DNA from: an uncultured Flavobacteriales bacterium
GTDB taxonomy: Bacteria; Bacteroidota; Bacteroidia; Flavobacteriales_D; Sanyastnellaceae
Reading direction: 5' to 3'
Length of the DNA stretch: 64,000 bases
Assembly: GCA_965661575.1 (NCBI GenBank)
Contig: CBFIEJ010000003.1
Span: 7,492-71,491, forward strand
This document shows, piece after piece, positions 19,078-29,100 of the stretch. Made by a program: the position numbers and the translations under genes. Position 1 is the first letter of the stretch. Each line of letters begins with the position of its first letter. Below the pieces are notes generated by a model. The model saw only the letters and a program-made list of their open reading frames with translations, did not search any database and had not been told where the DNA came from.

Positions 19078-20049
19078 TCAAATGGACAATATTTTTGCGA
19101 TGCGAACCTCGTCCTCAAGGCTCGCTGTCTTATTCTTTACAGCCTCTTCGAAAGGAAAGAAAACGAGTTGATCGTTTACGACTCCGGCCATTACGTTCTT
19201 CTTACCAGACAACAATCCTTCCACAGCCGATACGCCGAGTCGAGAGGCAAGCACGCGATCCGAACACGATGGATCACCGCCTCGTTGCAGGTGACCAAGA
19301 ACAGTCACTCGCGTCTCATAGGCATTGTCTAGGCTGTGAACTTTCTTGGCGATCTCGAAGGCTCCACCTTCAGGATGGCCCTCTGCCACGATCACAATGC
19401 TGGAAGTTTTGTTCGATGCTTGCCCAAGTTTCAGAATCTCCACTAGATCTTCAATGGTAATCTCACTTTCCTTGGTCATGACTGCCACTGCTCCTGTCGC
19501 GATGCCCGCATTCAGCGCAATAAAACCGCTATCACGGCCCATGACCTCTACAAAGAACAAACGGTTGTGACTATCAGCTGTATCTCGAATCTTATCCACG
19601 GCTTCGACGACCGTATTTGTTGCGGAATCAAAGCCAATGGTAAAATCGCTACCTGACAAATCATTGTCGATGGTGCCTGGAATTCCAATCACAGGGAAAC
19701 CCGTCTCCTTGCTGAAAAGCATGGCTCCTGTAAAAGTGCCGTTGCCGCCAATGACGACCAATGCGTCCACACCTTGCTCCACCAGTTGTTGGTGAGCCTT
19801 CCTTCGCCCTTGCTCATCTCGGAACTCTTCACAACGCGCCGATTTCAAAATCGTTCCGCCTCGTCCAAGAATTTTGGCAACTGAACGAACGTGCAACCGT
19901 TTGAAATCTCCGGCGATCAAGCCTTGAAACCCTTGAAAAACACCAACGGCTTCGCAATTGTGATATACGGCTGTACGCACCACAGCGCGTATAGCAGCGT
20001 TCATACCAGGTGCGTCACCTCCAGACGTTAAAACTGCAATTTTCTTCAT
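19078..20049 (-). CDS. pfkA: ATP-dependent 6-phosphofructokinase
   Basis: MKKIAVLTSGGDAPGMNAAIR, GIPGTIDNDL and VEVMGRDSG. Start at ATG 20049. Confidence 0.92.
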   Translation of the reverse strand: MKKIAVLTSGGDAPGMNAAIRAVVRTAVYHNCEAVGVFQGFQGLIAGDFKRLHVRSVAKILGRGGTILKSARCEEFRDEQGRRKAHQQLVEQGVDALVVIGGNGTFTGAMLFSKETGFPVIGIPGTIDNDLSGSDFTIGFDSATNTVVEAVDKIRDTADSHNRLFFVEVMGRDSGFIALNAGIATGAVAVMTKESEITIEDLVEILKLGQASNKTSSIVIVAEGHPEGGAFEIAKKVHSLDNAYETRVTVLGHLQRGGDPSCSDRVLASRLGVSAVEGLLSGKKNVMAGVVNDQLVFFPFEEAVKNKTASLEDEVRIAKILSI

Positions 20050-20167
20050 CAATAAATCGTCATGTAAATCATCGTTCGTCATTAGAACGGCCGCGAATAT
20101 AGCTCCAATAACGAACTCTCACAATGTAAGTGTATAAATTACACATAGGTAAGCGCTGATAATATTG

Positions 20168-20175
20168 TACTTTTG
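20168..20175 (+). promoter_or_regulatory. -7 promoter element TACTTTTG upstream of the Nudix-like regulator
   Basis: Exact TAnnTTTG, 5 nt before ATG 20181. Confidence 0.45.
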
Positions 20176-20180
20176 ACACT

Positions 20181-20882
20181 ATGTCGCTACCACAATCCCT
20201 TCATCTCTCCGTTGACTGCGTTGTTTTCGGCTATGACGACGATGGTCTAAAAGTTCTTCTTATCAATCAGAAAACAGCTGCGAGCGACGAAGACTCCGAA
20301 CCGATGTCACAATTGCCAGGAGACCTCATTCTCTTGGATGAAGGACTTGACCAAGCAGCTGAGCGCGTCCTATTCGAGCTCACGCAGATTGAAGGCGTAT
20401 TTCTGAAACAGTTCATGGCATTTGGAGATCCTGAACGAGTCAAAGACCTCAAAGACCGAGCTTGGCTTCAATCAGTTCGAAACCTCCCGGACCAACGGGT
20501 TGTCACTGTTGGCTACTACGGATTGGTGAGTTTGCAAGACTTTGACCCCCAACCCGCCTCGTTTGCTGGAGGCGTCAATTGGGTTGACTTGGCCGACGTT
20601 GGGGCGCTTGCTTTTGATCACAATTTCATTTTAGCTCAGGCTTTTGATACGCTAAAAGAGCAATTGGAAAGTCAGCACATCAGCTTTGAGCTGCTTCCCA
20701 AAAAATTTACATTGACCCAATTGCAGGCGCTTTATGAAATCGTCCTGGATAAGAAACTGGACAAAAGAAACTTCCGTAAAAACGTAAAGAAGATGACGCA
20801 CGTCGTTCCGTTGGATGAGAAACAAACCGGGGTAATGCACAAACCGGCGCAATTATTCAGCTATGAACCTCGAAAAAATTGA
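20181..20882 (+). CDS. Nudix-fold transcriptional regulator (NrtR/AraR-like: degenerate Nudix domain plus C-terminal winged helix)
   Basis: C-terminal pattern LAFDHNFILAQAFDTLKEQL...FELLPKKFTLTQLQALYEIVLDKKLDKRNFRKNV is typical of the NrtR family. The Nudix box is degenerate (REUxEExGU reads RVLFELTQI). Confidence 0.7.
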   Translation: MSLPQSLHLSVDCVVFGYDDDGLKVLLINQKTAASDEDSEPMSQLPGDLILLDEGLDQAAERVLFELTQIEGVFLKQFMAFGDPERVKDLKDRAWLQSVRNLPDQRVVTVGYYGLVSLQDFDPQPASFAGGVNWVDLADVGALAFDHNFILAQAFDTLKEQLESQHISFELLPKKFTLTQLQALYEIVLDKKLDKRNFRKNVKKMTHVVPLDEKQTGVMHKPAQLFSYEPRKN

Positions 20883-20884
20883 CG

Positions 20885-23200
20885 ATGTCACACCGCAATG
20901 CGCACCTCTTTCTTCTCCTCTTCGGACTCATTGCACCCTGCTCTGCGCAAAATTTGTTCGAGCACCCCGATGAAGGTGCCCCCTTTCTTTCTGAAACACT
21001 GCCCTCGATTCACATCGAATGCGGAGATGCTTTGGCTTGGATGTTTGAAGAAGAAAACTGGTATTCCAATGTTGAGCATCCGGCTACTTTTACCTTTGTT
21101 TCGACCGAAGGAACGGAAGTTGTAGAAGAAGTTGGCTTTCGTCTTCGGGGCAACACCTCAAGAGCGGCAGCCAAGAAATCATTCAAGATTGCGTTCAACT
21201 CGTTTGATCCTGAGGCCAGTTGGCAGGGCCTAAAAAAACTGAATCTCAATGGCGAACATAACGACCCGAGTGCAATGCGCGCTCGGCTTGTTTGGGAAAG
21301 CTTTCGTGACGCAGGAATTCCCGTATCCCGCAGCACGCATTGCAAACTCTTCATCAATGGAGATTACTACGGTATTTATTTGAGCAGCGAACACCTCAAC
21401 GGACGTTGGCTAGACCGACGATTTCCTTGGGGCCACGGAAATCTATGGAAATGCACCTACCCCGCAGATTTGACGTTTATCAGCGATGACCCAGAAGACT
21501 ATAAGTTCACCCCTAGCTGGTCCGAACAAAGGGTTTACGAACTGAAAACCAATGAATCCCAGGACGACTATTCGGCACTCGCTTCATTCATTGATGTTTT
21601 GAACAATTCCACGGACGCCGAATTGCCCTGTGCCCTGGAAGCTGTTTTTGACGTCGAGGGCTACTTAAAAGTCATGGCCGGCGAAATTTTGATTGGGCAC
21701 TGGGACAACTACATCGGGAACAAGAACAACTTCTACTTGTACCAAAGGAGTTTTGACAATCGCCTGATGTACCTGCCTTATGATGCCGACAACACAATGG
21801 GCATTCAATGGTATGGCGAATGGACCACACAGAACCCCTACGCCTGGACCGATTCTGACAGTCGACCTTTGTACAGTCGAATCTTGGGAAATGAGGAATA
21901 CCGCGAACGATTTTCATGGTACCTGAATTGGTGGATGGAAAATTGGCTCATTCCCGACTGGGCGTTGATGCGAGGCGAATGGTTACAGAGCCTGATCAAT
22001 GAGGGGATCGAGCAGGACTCATTCTATGGATTGGATTATGGCTTCACACCTGATGCATTTGCATCCTCACTCACCGAATCTTGGGGTGGGCACGTTGCAC
22101 ACGGTATCGTGCCCTTCATTGAATCAAGAAACGAATGGGCCGAGCTTCAGCTGGAACCCTACTCTGGCAGTCCTTCCCCCATGGTCAATGCGTGGGCGCA
22201 AGGTCCGATCTTGAATGACACAGTGCTCGTTCAGGCTTGGGCTCATGAAGCGCAAAATTCTGATGCTTGGAATCTCACAGCATTCATCGAATTCCCCGAC
22301 GGAGTTTCCACCACTGCACCGATGACAATGGTTCCCAATCAAGATCATGGTTTGCGATGGGAAATCAGCGTTCCAATGAATGGCGCAACATTCGCTCATT
22401 GGCAGGTTCTCGCCACCACTCCATCCGGCACAACTATGCAGTCACCGTGCGTACCGCGAAAGATTTGGAATTCAATCGCTGCAAATTCAATCGTCATCAA
22501 CGAGGTTATTGCCAAGAACAGTGCTGTTTTGGCCGATTCAGAAGGCGACTTTCAAGACTGGGTTGAGTTGTACAATGCTGGCAGCGAAGCCGTCAATCTC
22601 GAGTCTTTTTTCCTCAGCAACCGATGGTCAGATCCGAGTCGGTGGGCTCTACCGAGTGTCACCCTGGATCCAGGTGGTCATCTATTGATTTGGTGCGATG
22701 ATGAAGCATCTGAGGGCCCGCTGCATGCTTCATTCACCCTGAGCGCTTCAAGTGACGAAATGTTTCTGTTTCAGCTGGAGGACGATGAATGGCGACTGCA
22801 TGATTCCATTGCTTGGGTGAATGCACCGGTAAACAACTCTTACGGTAGATCGTATGATGGATCAGAACAATGGATTTGGTTCGAACATTTGAGCGCCAAT
22901 CCACCCACTCCCAATGCTCCAAATGGCTTGCCCCTCAATGCAGCAGACGGCATGATCAACGAAGCTGATGCAACTTGGCAAGAATTTGCAGCCCGCCACA
23001 CCGTTTTCACGGAACCTTCCTTTGTTTTGCCTTTTTACTCCAGTTGGAAAATCTTGAGCAACGATGGGAAGGTCATCTGCGATGGACAAGGACATGAATT
23101 TCAGTGCCATCAGCTCGGAGTAGGAATATTCTTTTTTCAATATTATGATGAGGTGAATAACCTCCACGGCACGATGCGTTTCATCGTCTCAAATCAATGA
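20885..23200 (+). CDS. secreted CotH kinase-family protein fused to a lamin-tail domain
   Basis: Signal peptide. CotH pattern FRLRGNTSR...KKSFKIAF...LNLNGEHNDPSAMRARLVWE...LFINGDYYGIYL. LTD pattern IVINEVIAKN...FQDWVELYNAGSEAVNLESFFL. The C-terminal ~60 aa resemble a weak T9SS sorting domain. ATG lies 2 nt after the regulator stop. Confidence 0.7.
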   Translation: MSHRNAHLFLLLFGLIAPCSAQNLFEHPDEGAPFLSETLPSIHIECGDALAWMFEEENWYSNVEHPATFTFVSTEGTEVVEEVGFRLRGNTSRAAAKKSFKIAFNSFDPEASWQGLKKLNLNGEHNDPSAMRARLVWESFRDAGIPVSRSTHCKLFINGDYYGIYLSSEHLNGRWLDRRFPWGHGNLWKCTYPADLTFISDDPEDYKFTPSWSEQRVYELKTNESQDDYSALASFIDVLNNSTDAELPCALEAVFDVEGYLKVMAGEILIGHWDNYIGNKNNFYLYQRSFDNRLMYLPYDADNTMGIQWYGEWTTQNPYAWTDSDSRPLYSRILGNEEYRERFSWYLNWWMENWLIPDWALMRGEWLQSLINEGIEQDSFYGLDYGFTPDAFASSLTESWGGHVAHGIVPFIESRNEWAELQLEPYSGSPSPMVNAWAQGPILNDTVLVQAWAHEAQNSDAWNLTAFIEFPDGVSTTAPMTMVPNQDHGLRWEISVPMNGATFAHWQVLATTPSGTTMQSPCVPRKIWNSIAANSIVINEVIAKNSAVLADSEGDFQDWVELYNAGSEAVNLESFFLSNRWSDPSRWALPSVTLDPGGHLLIWCDDEASEGPLHASFTLSASSDEMFLFQLEDDEWRLHDSIAWVNAPVNNSYGRSYDGSEQWIWFEHLSANPPTPNAPNGLPLNAADGMINEADATWQEFAARHTVFTEPSFVLPFYSSWKILSNDGKVICDGQGHEFQCHQLGVGIFFFQYYDEVNNLHGTMRFIVSNQ

Positions 23201-23204
23201 CACC

Positions 23205-26027
23205 ATGCCACATTTTTTCGCTCTTCGTTCCCTATTCATCGCACTGACGCTTGTCCCAATGCAACTCGTGTCACAAGTCATCTGGACAGAGCCCGCATTT
23301 CCTTCAGCGGCTGACCAGGTTGTTCTTCATTACAACAGCGCTCTTGGAAATGGCGAATTGCAAGGGGTGATCCCCGTCTACATTCATACAGGTGTGATTA
23401 CCTCCAACAGCACAGGGCCCTCAGATTGGCAGCATGTTCAAACCGCTTGGGGAACTGCTGACGCTGATGCACTTTTGAATCCGGAAGGCGATGGGATTCA
23501 CAGTTTCGACTTCAACGGACTGTCGCTTGCTGATTATTACGGTATTGATGAAGGAGAAGAGATTGAAAGCTTGGCAATGGTCTTTCGAAATTCCACCGGT
23601 AGTTTGGTAGGTCGAGCAGAAGACAATTCCGACATCTTTTACACTGTGAGCAATGGAAGTTTCAGTGCTTCGCTCATGACGCCCGCATTGGGATATGCTG
23701 TGCTGACAATCGATGAGGAATTCGAGATTTTCGGACAGGCAAGTGAGCCGTGCGATCTCAGTCTGTTGATCAATGGCGAAGTTGTAGCCACTGATTTCGG
23801 CTCAGAATTAGCCTATAGTTTTAGCGCTGCGGCAGGAGGGCAATACAACCTTGAATTGATAGCGGACAACGGCAGTTTGATCGCGAATGATCTTGGAAGC
23901 ATAACTGTTCTACCCGTCAATCCCATCACTGGCTGGCCCACCGGAAACGGTCAGGACGGGATTGAATACCTCAGCGATTCATCCGTCAAGCTACAACTTC
24001 ACGCTCCCGGAAAAGATTTTGTTTTCGCTGTGGGTGACTTCAACAATTGGGAACTTCGTTACGACTTTCTCATGACGCAAAGTCCTGATGGCAATAAGCA
24101 CTGGATTGAAATTGACGGATTAACACCGGGAGAAGAATGCCGGTTTCATTACCACGTGATGCCCGACGACATGCGCATTGCAGACCCCTACTCTGAAAAA
24201 GTTCTCGACCCGTGGAATGATGGATGGATTGCAAACGAAACCTATCCTGACCTTCTTGAGTTCCCGACGATGCTCACCGAGAATACACCCGTATCCGTCA
24301 TTCAACCCGGGATGCCCGCATTCGATTGGACTGATCAGGCATTCACACAACCCGACCACGAATCCTTGGTGATCTATGAATTACTCGTGCGTGACTTCAC
24401 CGATGAAGGGAATTTCCAGACCATTTTGGATACACTGGATTATCTCGATCGCCTGGGAATCAACGCCATCGAATTCATGCCCGTAAACGAATTCAATGGC
24501 AACGACAGCTGGGGGTACAACCCCACCTTCTTTTTTGCTTTGGACAAGGCTTACGGCACATCCGAAGTTTTCAAAACCCTCATCAATGAATGTCACAACC
24601 GGGGAATTGCCGTCTTGCTTGACATTGTTCTGAATCACGCGGATTATCCACACCCATTTTTAAAGCTCTACTGGGACGAAGAGAATTTTCAGCCGGCTGG
24701 CAACAATCCTTGGTTCAACACAGTAGCTCCCAATCCGGAGGCCTGGTTCTTTGATTGGAACCATGACAGCCCGAGGACGAAAGAACACATGAAGCGTATC
24801 CTACGGTACTGGGTAAATGAATACCACATAGACGGTTATCGACTGGACTTTTCAAAGGGCATGACTCAAACGCCGGGAGATGGCAATGGTTACGATCAAA
24901 ATCGCATTGACTTGCTCAATGAATATGCCAACCACATCTGGCAGGACAATCCAGATCTGTATATGATTCTAGAACACTGGACTGAATTATCAGAACAACA
25001 AACACTGGTGAATGATGGATTTATGATTTGGGCCAATGCCACATACGACTACAGCGAAGCTGCGATGGGCTATCCCTCCAATCTCAGCTGGGCAAGCTAT
25101 CAAAATCAAGGCATGAGCCAGCCCGGAGTCATTTCCTACCCTGAGAGCCACGATGAAGAAAGAATCATTTATAAAGCTCTCGAGTTTGGCAACGGCTCAG
25201 GAGCCTATCAAACCAGCGAATTGAACACCGCATTGGAGCGAATGGAAGCCCTTCAATGCTTCAACATTCTGCTTCCTGGACCAAAATTGATTTGGCAATT
25301 TGAAGAGTTAGGATACGACTACTCAATCAACACCTGCAGCGACGGAGTGACAATCAGTGAAAACTGCCGGACAGAAGCAAAACCCGTGCGCTGGGATTAT
25401 CGGGACAATCCAAATCGTTATCGCATCCACGAGGTGATTTCCGGATTGTGCAAACTCAAACACGAACATCCAAGTACGTTCAACACAAACAATTACAATT
25501 GGGACGTGGGAGGTTATGGAAAGCGCCTGCATCTAAATGGCAGCATGAACGCCACGGTGGTCGCCAACTTCAAGGTTGATGGCATTGAAATGATTCCAGG
25601 CTTTCAACACACCGGCCAATGGTGGGATTATTTCACAGGAGAGTCTTTCACCGTTTCAGATGTGAATGCCTTCATGTCTTTTGCCCCCGGCGAGTATCAC
25701 GTTTATGTGGATGAAGCGTTGGACTTCCCCTCAACGTCACCTGAACTCCCTCTCCACTCTGCGAAGCGTTCCAATTCCCTGTTCCCCAATCCGGCAACGA
25801 CCAGAACAACATGGAATGTTCCTCTCAATCCTCAAGCAAACTATGAATTTAGAATGTCCAACCACCTTGGACAAACCGTGAGCCAACAGGTCAGGCAACA
25901 CCTGTCTGGTGATGGACAATCGCTTGAAGTAGAATGTGGCAACCTTTCTGATGGTATCTATCACGTCGAAGTCACGCAAGGCCATCTTCGATTCACAAAT
26001 CAATTGGTGCTGCAGAGGACACGTTGA
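23205..26027 (+). CDS. GH13 alpha-amylase-family enzyme with T9SS type A C-terminal sorting domain
   Basis: GH13 regions I-IV are intact (LLDIVLNHA, DGYRLDFSKG, ILEHW, YPESHDEE). The C-terminus LFPNPATTRTTWNV...DGIYHVEV... is a Por/T9SS CTD pattern. Confidence 0.87.
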   Translation: MPHFFALRSLFIALTLVPMQLVSQVIWTEPAFPSAADQVVLHYNSALGNGELQGVIPVYIHTGVITSNSTGPSDWQHVQTAWGTADADALLNPEGDGIHSFDFNGLSLADYYGIDEGEEIESLAMVFRNSTGSLVGRAEDNSDIFYTVSNGSFSASLMTPALGYAVLTIDEEFEIFGQASEPCDLSLLINGEVVATDFGSELAYSFSAAAGGQYNLELIADNGSLIANDLGSITVLPVNPITGWPTGNGQDGIEYLSDSSVKLQLHAPGKDFVFAVGDFNNWELRYDFLMTQSPDGNKHWIEIDGLTPGEECRFHYHVMPDDMRIADPYSEKVLDPWNDGWIANETYPDLLEFPTMLTENTPVSVIQPGMPAFDWTDQAFTQPDHESLVIYELLVRDFTDEGNFQTILDTLDYLDRLGINAIEFMPVNEFNGNDSWGYNPTFFFALDKAYGTSEVFKTLINECHNRGIAVLLDIVLNHADYPHPFLKLYWDEENFQPAGNNPWFNTVAPNPEAWFFDWNHDSPRTKEHMKRILRYWVNEYHIDGYRLDFSKGMTQTPGDGNGYDQNRIDLLNEYANHIWQDNPDLYMILEHWTELSEQQTLVNDGFMIWANATYDYSEAAMGYPSNLSWASYQNQGMSQPGVISYPESHDEERIIYKALEFGNGSGAYQTSELNTALERMEALQCFNILLPGPKLIWQFEELGYDYSINTCSDGVTISENCRTEAKPVRWDYRDNPNRYRIHEVISGLCKLKHEHPSTFNTNNYNWDVGGYGKRLHLNGSMNATVVANFKVDGIEMIPGFQHTGQWWDYFTGESFTVSDVNAFMSFAPGEYHVYVDEALDFPSTSPELPLHSAKRSNSLFPNPATTRTTWNVPLNPQANYEFRMSNHLGQTVSQQVRQHLSGDGQSLEVECGNLSDGIYHVEVTQGHLRFTNQLVLQRTR

Positions 26028-26028
26028 T

Positions 26029-26055
26029 AAAAACAGCACACTTCGTGTTGTTTTT
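26029..26055 (+). terminator. intrinsic terminator after the T9SS amylase gene
   Basis: aaaaacagcac-acttc-gtgttgttttt: ~11-bp stem including one G-U pair, then a T-run, starting 2 nt after the stop codon. Confidence 0.6.
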
Positions 26056-26123
26056 ACACCTTTTGTTTTTCTACATTGCACAGTGCTTCCATTTGCACAC
26101 CACGTCGCACTTAAAACCACTCC

Positions 26124-29100
26124 ATGCTCAGACTTAGCCTCGCCTTGTGCCTCATAGCCCTCGTCTCGAATGGGCTTGACGCGCAGAATCTCGCAGGAAC
26201 TGTTCTTGACTCGAATGGCGCACCTCTTCCCGGCGCATCCGTCGTTGCAGACGGAGTCAATGGTGAATTTACGGATGGAGAAGGTAGATACAGCCTTACA
26301 CTCGCTCCAGGTCCGCACCAAATCGTCTGTTCTTACATCGGTTATGTGGCTCAGAAGAAAGCCATCGACATCAACAACCAAGCGGTTGAATTAAACTTCA
26401 CACTCGCAGACGATGCTGTGCTGATTGAGGATGTTGTGGTCGTAGGGTATGGTGTCCAACGTAAAAAAGAAGTAACGGGAAGCATCGTCAAGGTTGACGC
26501 CAAGCAAATCACCGGCGTTCAAACGCCTTCGTTTGAAGCCGCTCTCCAAGGTCAGGCAGCCGGTGTCCAAGTCAGTCAATCATCTGGAATTGCCGGCGCT
26601 CCGTCCCTGATCCGTGTTCGGGGTGTTGCCTCAGTATCTGCTGCCGGCGATCCGCTCTATGTAGTCGACGGAATCCCCATAACCCAGGAGTACTTTCTCC
26701 GAGGCAATTCGGGAGCACTGAATAACAATCCGCTTGCTGCCATCAATCCCAATGACATCGAGTCCGTTGAAATCTTGAAGGATGCCGCAGCTACGGGTAT
26801 TTATGGGTCTCGAGGAGCCAATGGCGTCATCTTAATCACGACAAAACGAGGGCAGAAAGGCACTTCTTTCGAATTCAGCACACGCACTGGTGTCGGCACA
26901 CCTGCCACAAGACCCAACATGATGGACACTGATACCTACCTCGCTTTGCGACAAGAGGCGTGGGAAAACGATGGTGGGACAGGTTACGTCTGGCTTCCCA
27001 ATTTGACCTCAGCTTCGGATGATGCGAACACGAGGCGCGAGGCCTATCAACGTGCGCTCTTGACCAATACAGACTGGGTCGACGAAACCATCGGTGTTGG
27101 CGTCAAAAATGCTGTGAATTTTGGCGTGCGCCATGGAGCCGATCGGTACAATGTCTATGCCGGCATATCCAAGGACAACAATGAAAGTTACCTTCGAGGC
27201 AACTCTTACGATCGCACCAGTGCCCGTGTGAATTTTGATTGGACACCAACGCCCAAGACAAAAGTCATTCTGAGCTCTTCCATTAGCCGCGGTGAAAACA
27301 ACCGAATCGATGCTGCTTGGTCTGGAGGCCTCGGCGATGCCATGGCCAATGCACTTCCATACTACCCCGTTCAATACGACGACGATGAGTTCGACGCCAA
27401 CGGCAATCTGCTTCATGAGGCTGGTGAGTACTTTCTTTGGTTTGATGAGTGGGGAGGGACAAAAAATCCTGTAGCTGTTCGCGAATTGAAGAAATGGAAA
27501 ACAACAGAAGACCGATCCATCAGCAATGCGCAATTGATTTATTCACCGGTGAAAAATTTGAACCTGAAAGCAAGTGGAGGATTTGATTACCTGCACCTGA
27601 AAGAAGACATCTTCAACCCCGGAGCACTTTCCATCAACACCGATCTGGGAAGCGCAAGTCGATACGCAAATTTTGTTTTGAACTGGAACTACAGTGCTAC
27701 CGCGGACTACCGTTTGGAATTGGACGACAAACAAGCCCTCAACTTCCTCATTGGCAGTGAATTCCAGCGAACTGACAACTACGGGTATGGCTTGTTTTAC
27801 GGCCAAGTCGAAGGCCCCATCTTTGAAAGCGATTCACTTGCGCAAGACGCTGACAGTGTGAATACACGTCGAAACACTCCTTCGCAGCACAGCTTCCTCT
27901 CTTACTTCGGTCGCATCAATTACAGCCTAAAAGACCGATATTTTTTCCAAGTGACAGCGCGAGTGGATGGCAGTTCGCGATTCGGCAGAGACAATCGATA
28001 CGGTTTTTTCCCTTCTCTCTCGGCAGGCTGGGTCGTGTCCGATGAAGATTGGTTCCAGAGCCAAGCGATCAGCTTCCTGAAGGTACGTTCAAGCATGGGC
28101 TTGACAGGCAATGCTGCCCTGCCCGATTATGCCAGATTTGGAACTTATTCGGCTGCTGACAATGGGACGACCTATGCAGGTGATTCCATTTTATATCCCT
28201 TGCAACCAGAAAACCCCACATTGCGATGGGAAACGTCGCGCACCGTTGATGCAAGCATCGAAATGGGATTGTGGTCTGACCGACTCACTTTCGAGTTGGC
28301 TGGCTACCATAAATACTCAACAGATGTGCTCATGAATGTGAGCACGCCGGCGAGTACCGGGTTCACAAATTTCTGGGACAATGTGGGCACTATTCTCAAC
28401 CGAGGAGTAGAACTGTCTATCAAGTCACGCAACACGGTCGGCACTGTGCAATGGACAACCGACTTGAACGTTGCGCGCAATTACAATGAACTGGTGAACA
28501 TTGGAGATTACACTCCCGATGCCGTTAGTGGCGGCACCAACGATTCACGGGTCATTGTGGGACGTCCTGTGGGTTCTTTCTATCTCGTTGAGCACAGCCA
28601 CGTTGACCCCGAAAGTGGGCTGCCCGTATACATCGATCTGGAAGGAAATGAGACTTATGATTACAACAACAACATTCGAAAATACGTTGGAGATGGACTG
28701 CCCGAGTTCATCGGAGGTTTCAACAACACCGTCAAATACAAAAATTGGGATTTGAGCGCCTTGGCAACCTTTAGCGTGGGCGCCAAGATCTTCGACTCTT
28801 CTGCAAAACGCCAACTCGGTGTGGTGTCCGGCTGGAACATGCGAACCGAAAAACTTGATCGATGGCGACAGCCAGGTGACGAAGCGACCTATCCCAGATT
28901 GACCTTGGACGAGACAACCTACAGCCTGCCCTCTGGCTTTCCTTGGTGGAACACCAGTTTATTCATTTATGACGCCTCTTACTTGCGCTTGAGAAACCTT
29001 ACCATCGGTTATAACATTCCACTTGACGCAGCGAGCACGCTTCGAAATTGCCGCGTTTCAATCAATGCCACGAATCTATTCACCTTGACAAACTTCCCTG

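Noticed and set aside
19044-19118. N-terminal extension of the gap ORF, and similar extensions at pfkA (20050-20082), the OmpA-family gene (40444-40656) and the FG-GAP gene (49919-49960)
   Set aside because: The extensions are non-homologous, overlap neighbouring genes or their promoters, and precede canonical N-termini (MKKVAINGFGRIGR, MKKIAVLTSGGD, signal peptides).
20130-20144. Inverted repeat GTGTA-taaat-TACAC as a definite operator
   Set aside because: The arms are only 5 bp and I saw no second copy elsewhere in the locus. I kept it only as a weak candidate inside the regulator finding.
25737-26381. 214-aa minus-strand ORF spanning the amylase/SusC junction
   Set aside because: It runs antisense across a terminator and two well-supported genes. 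No motifs.
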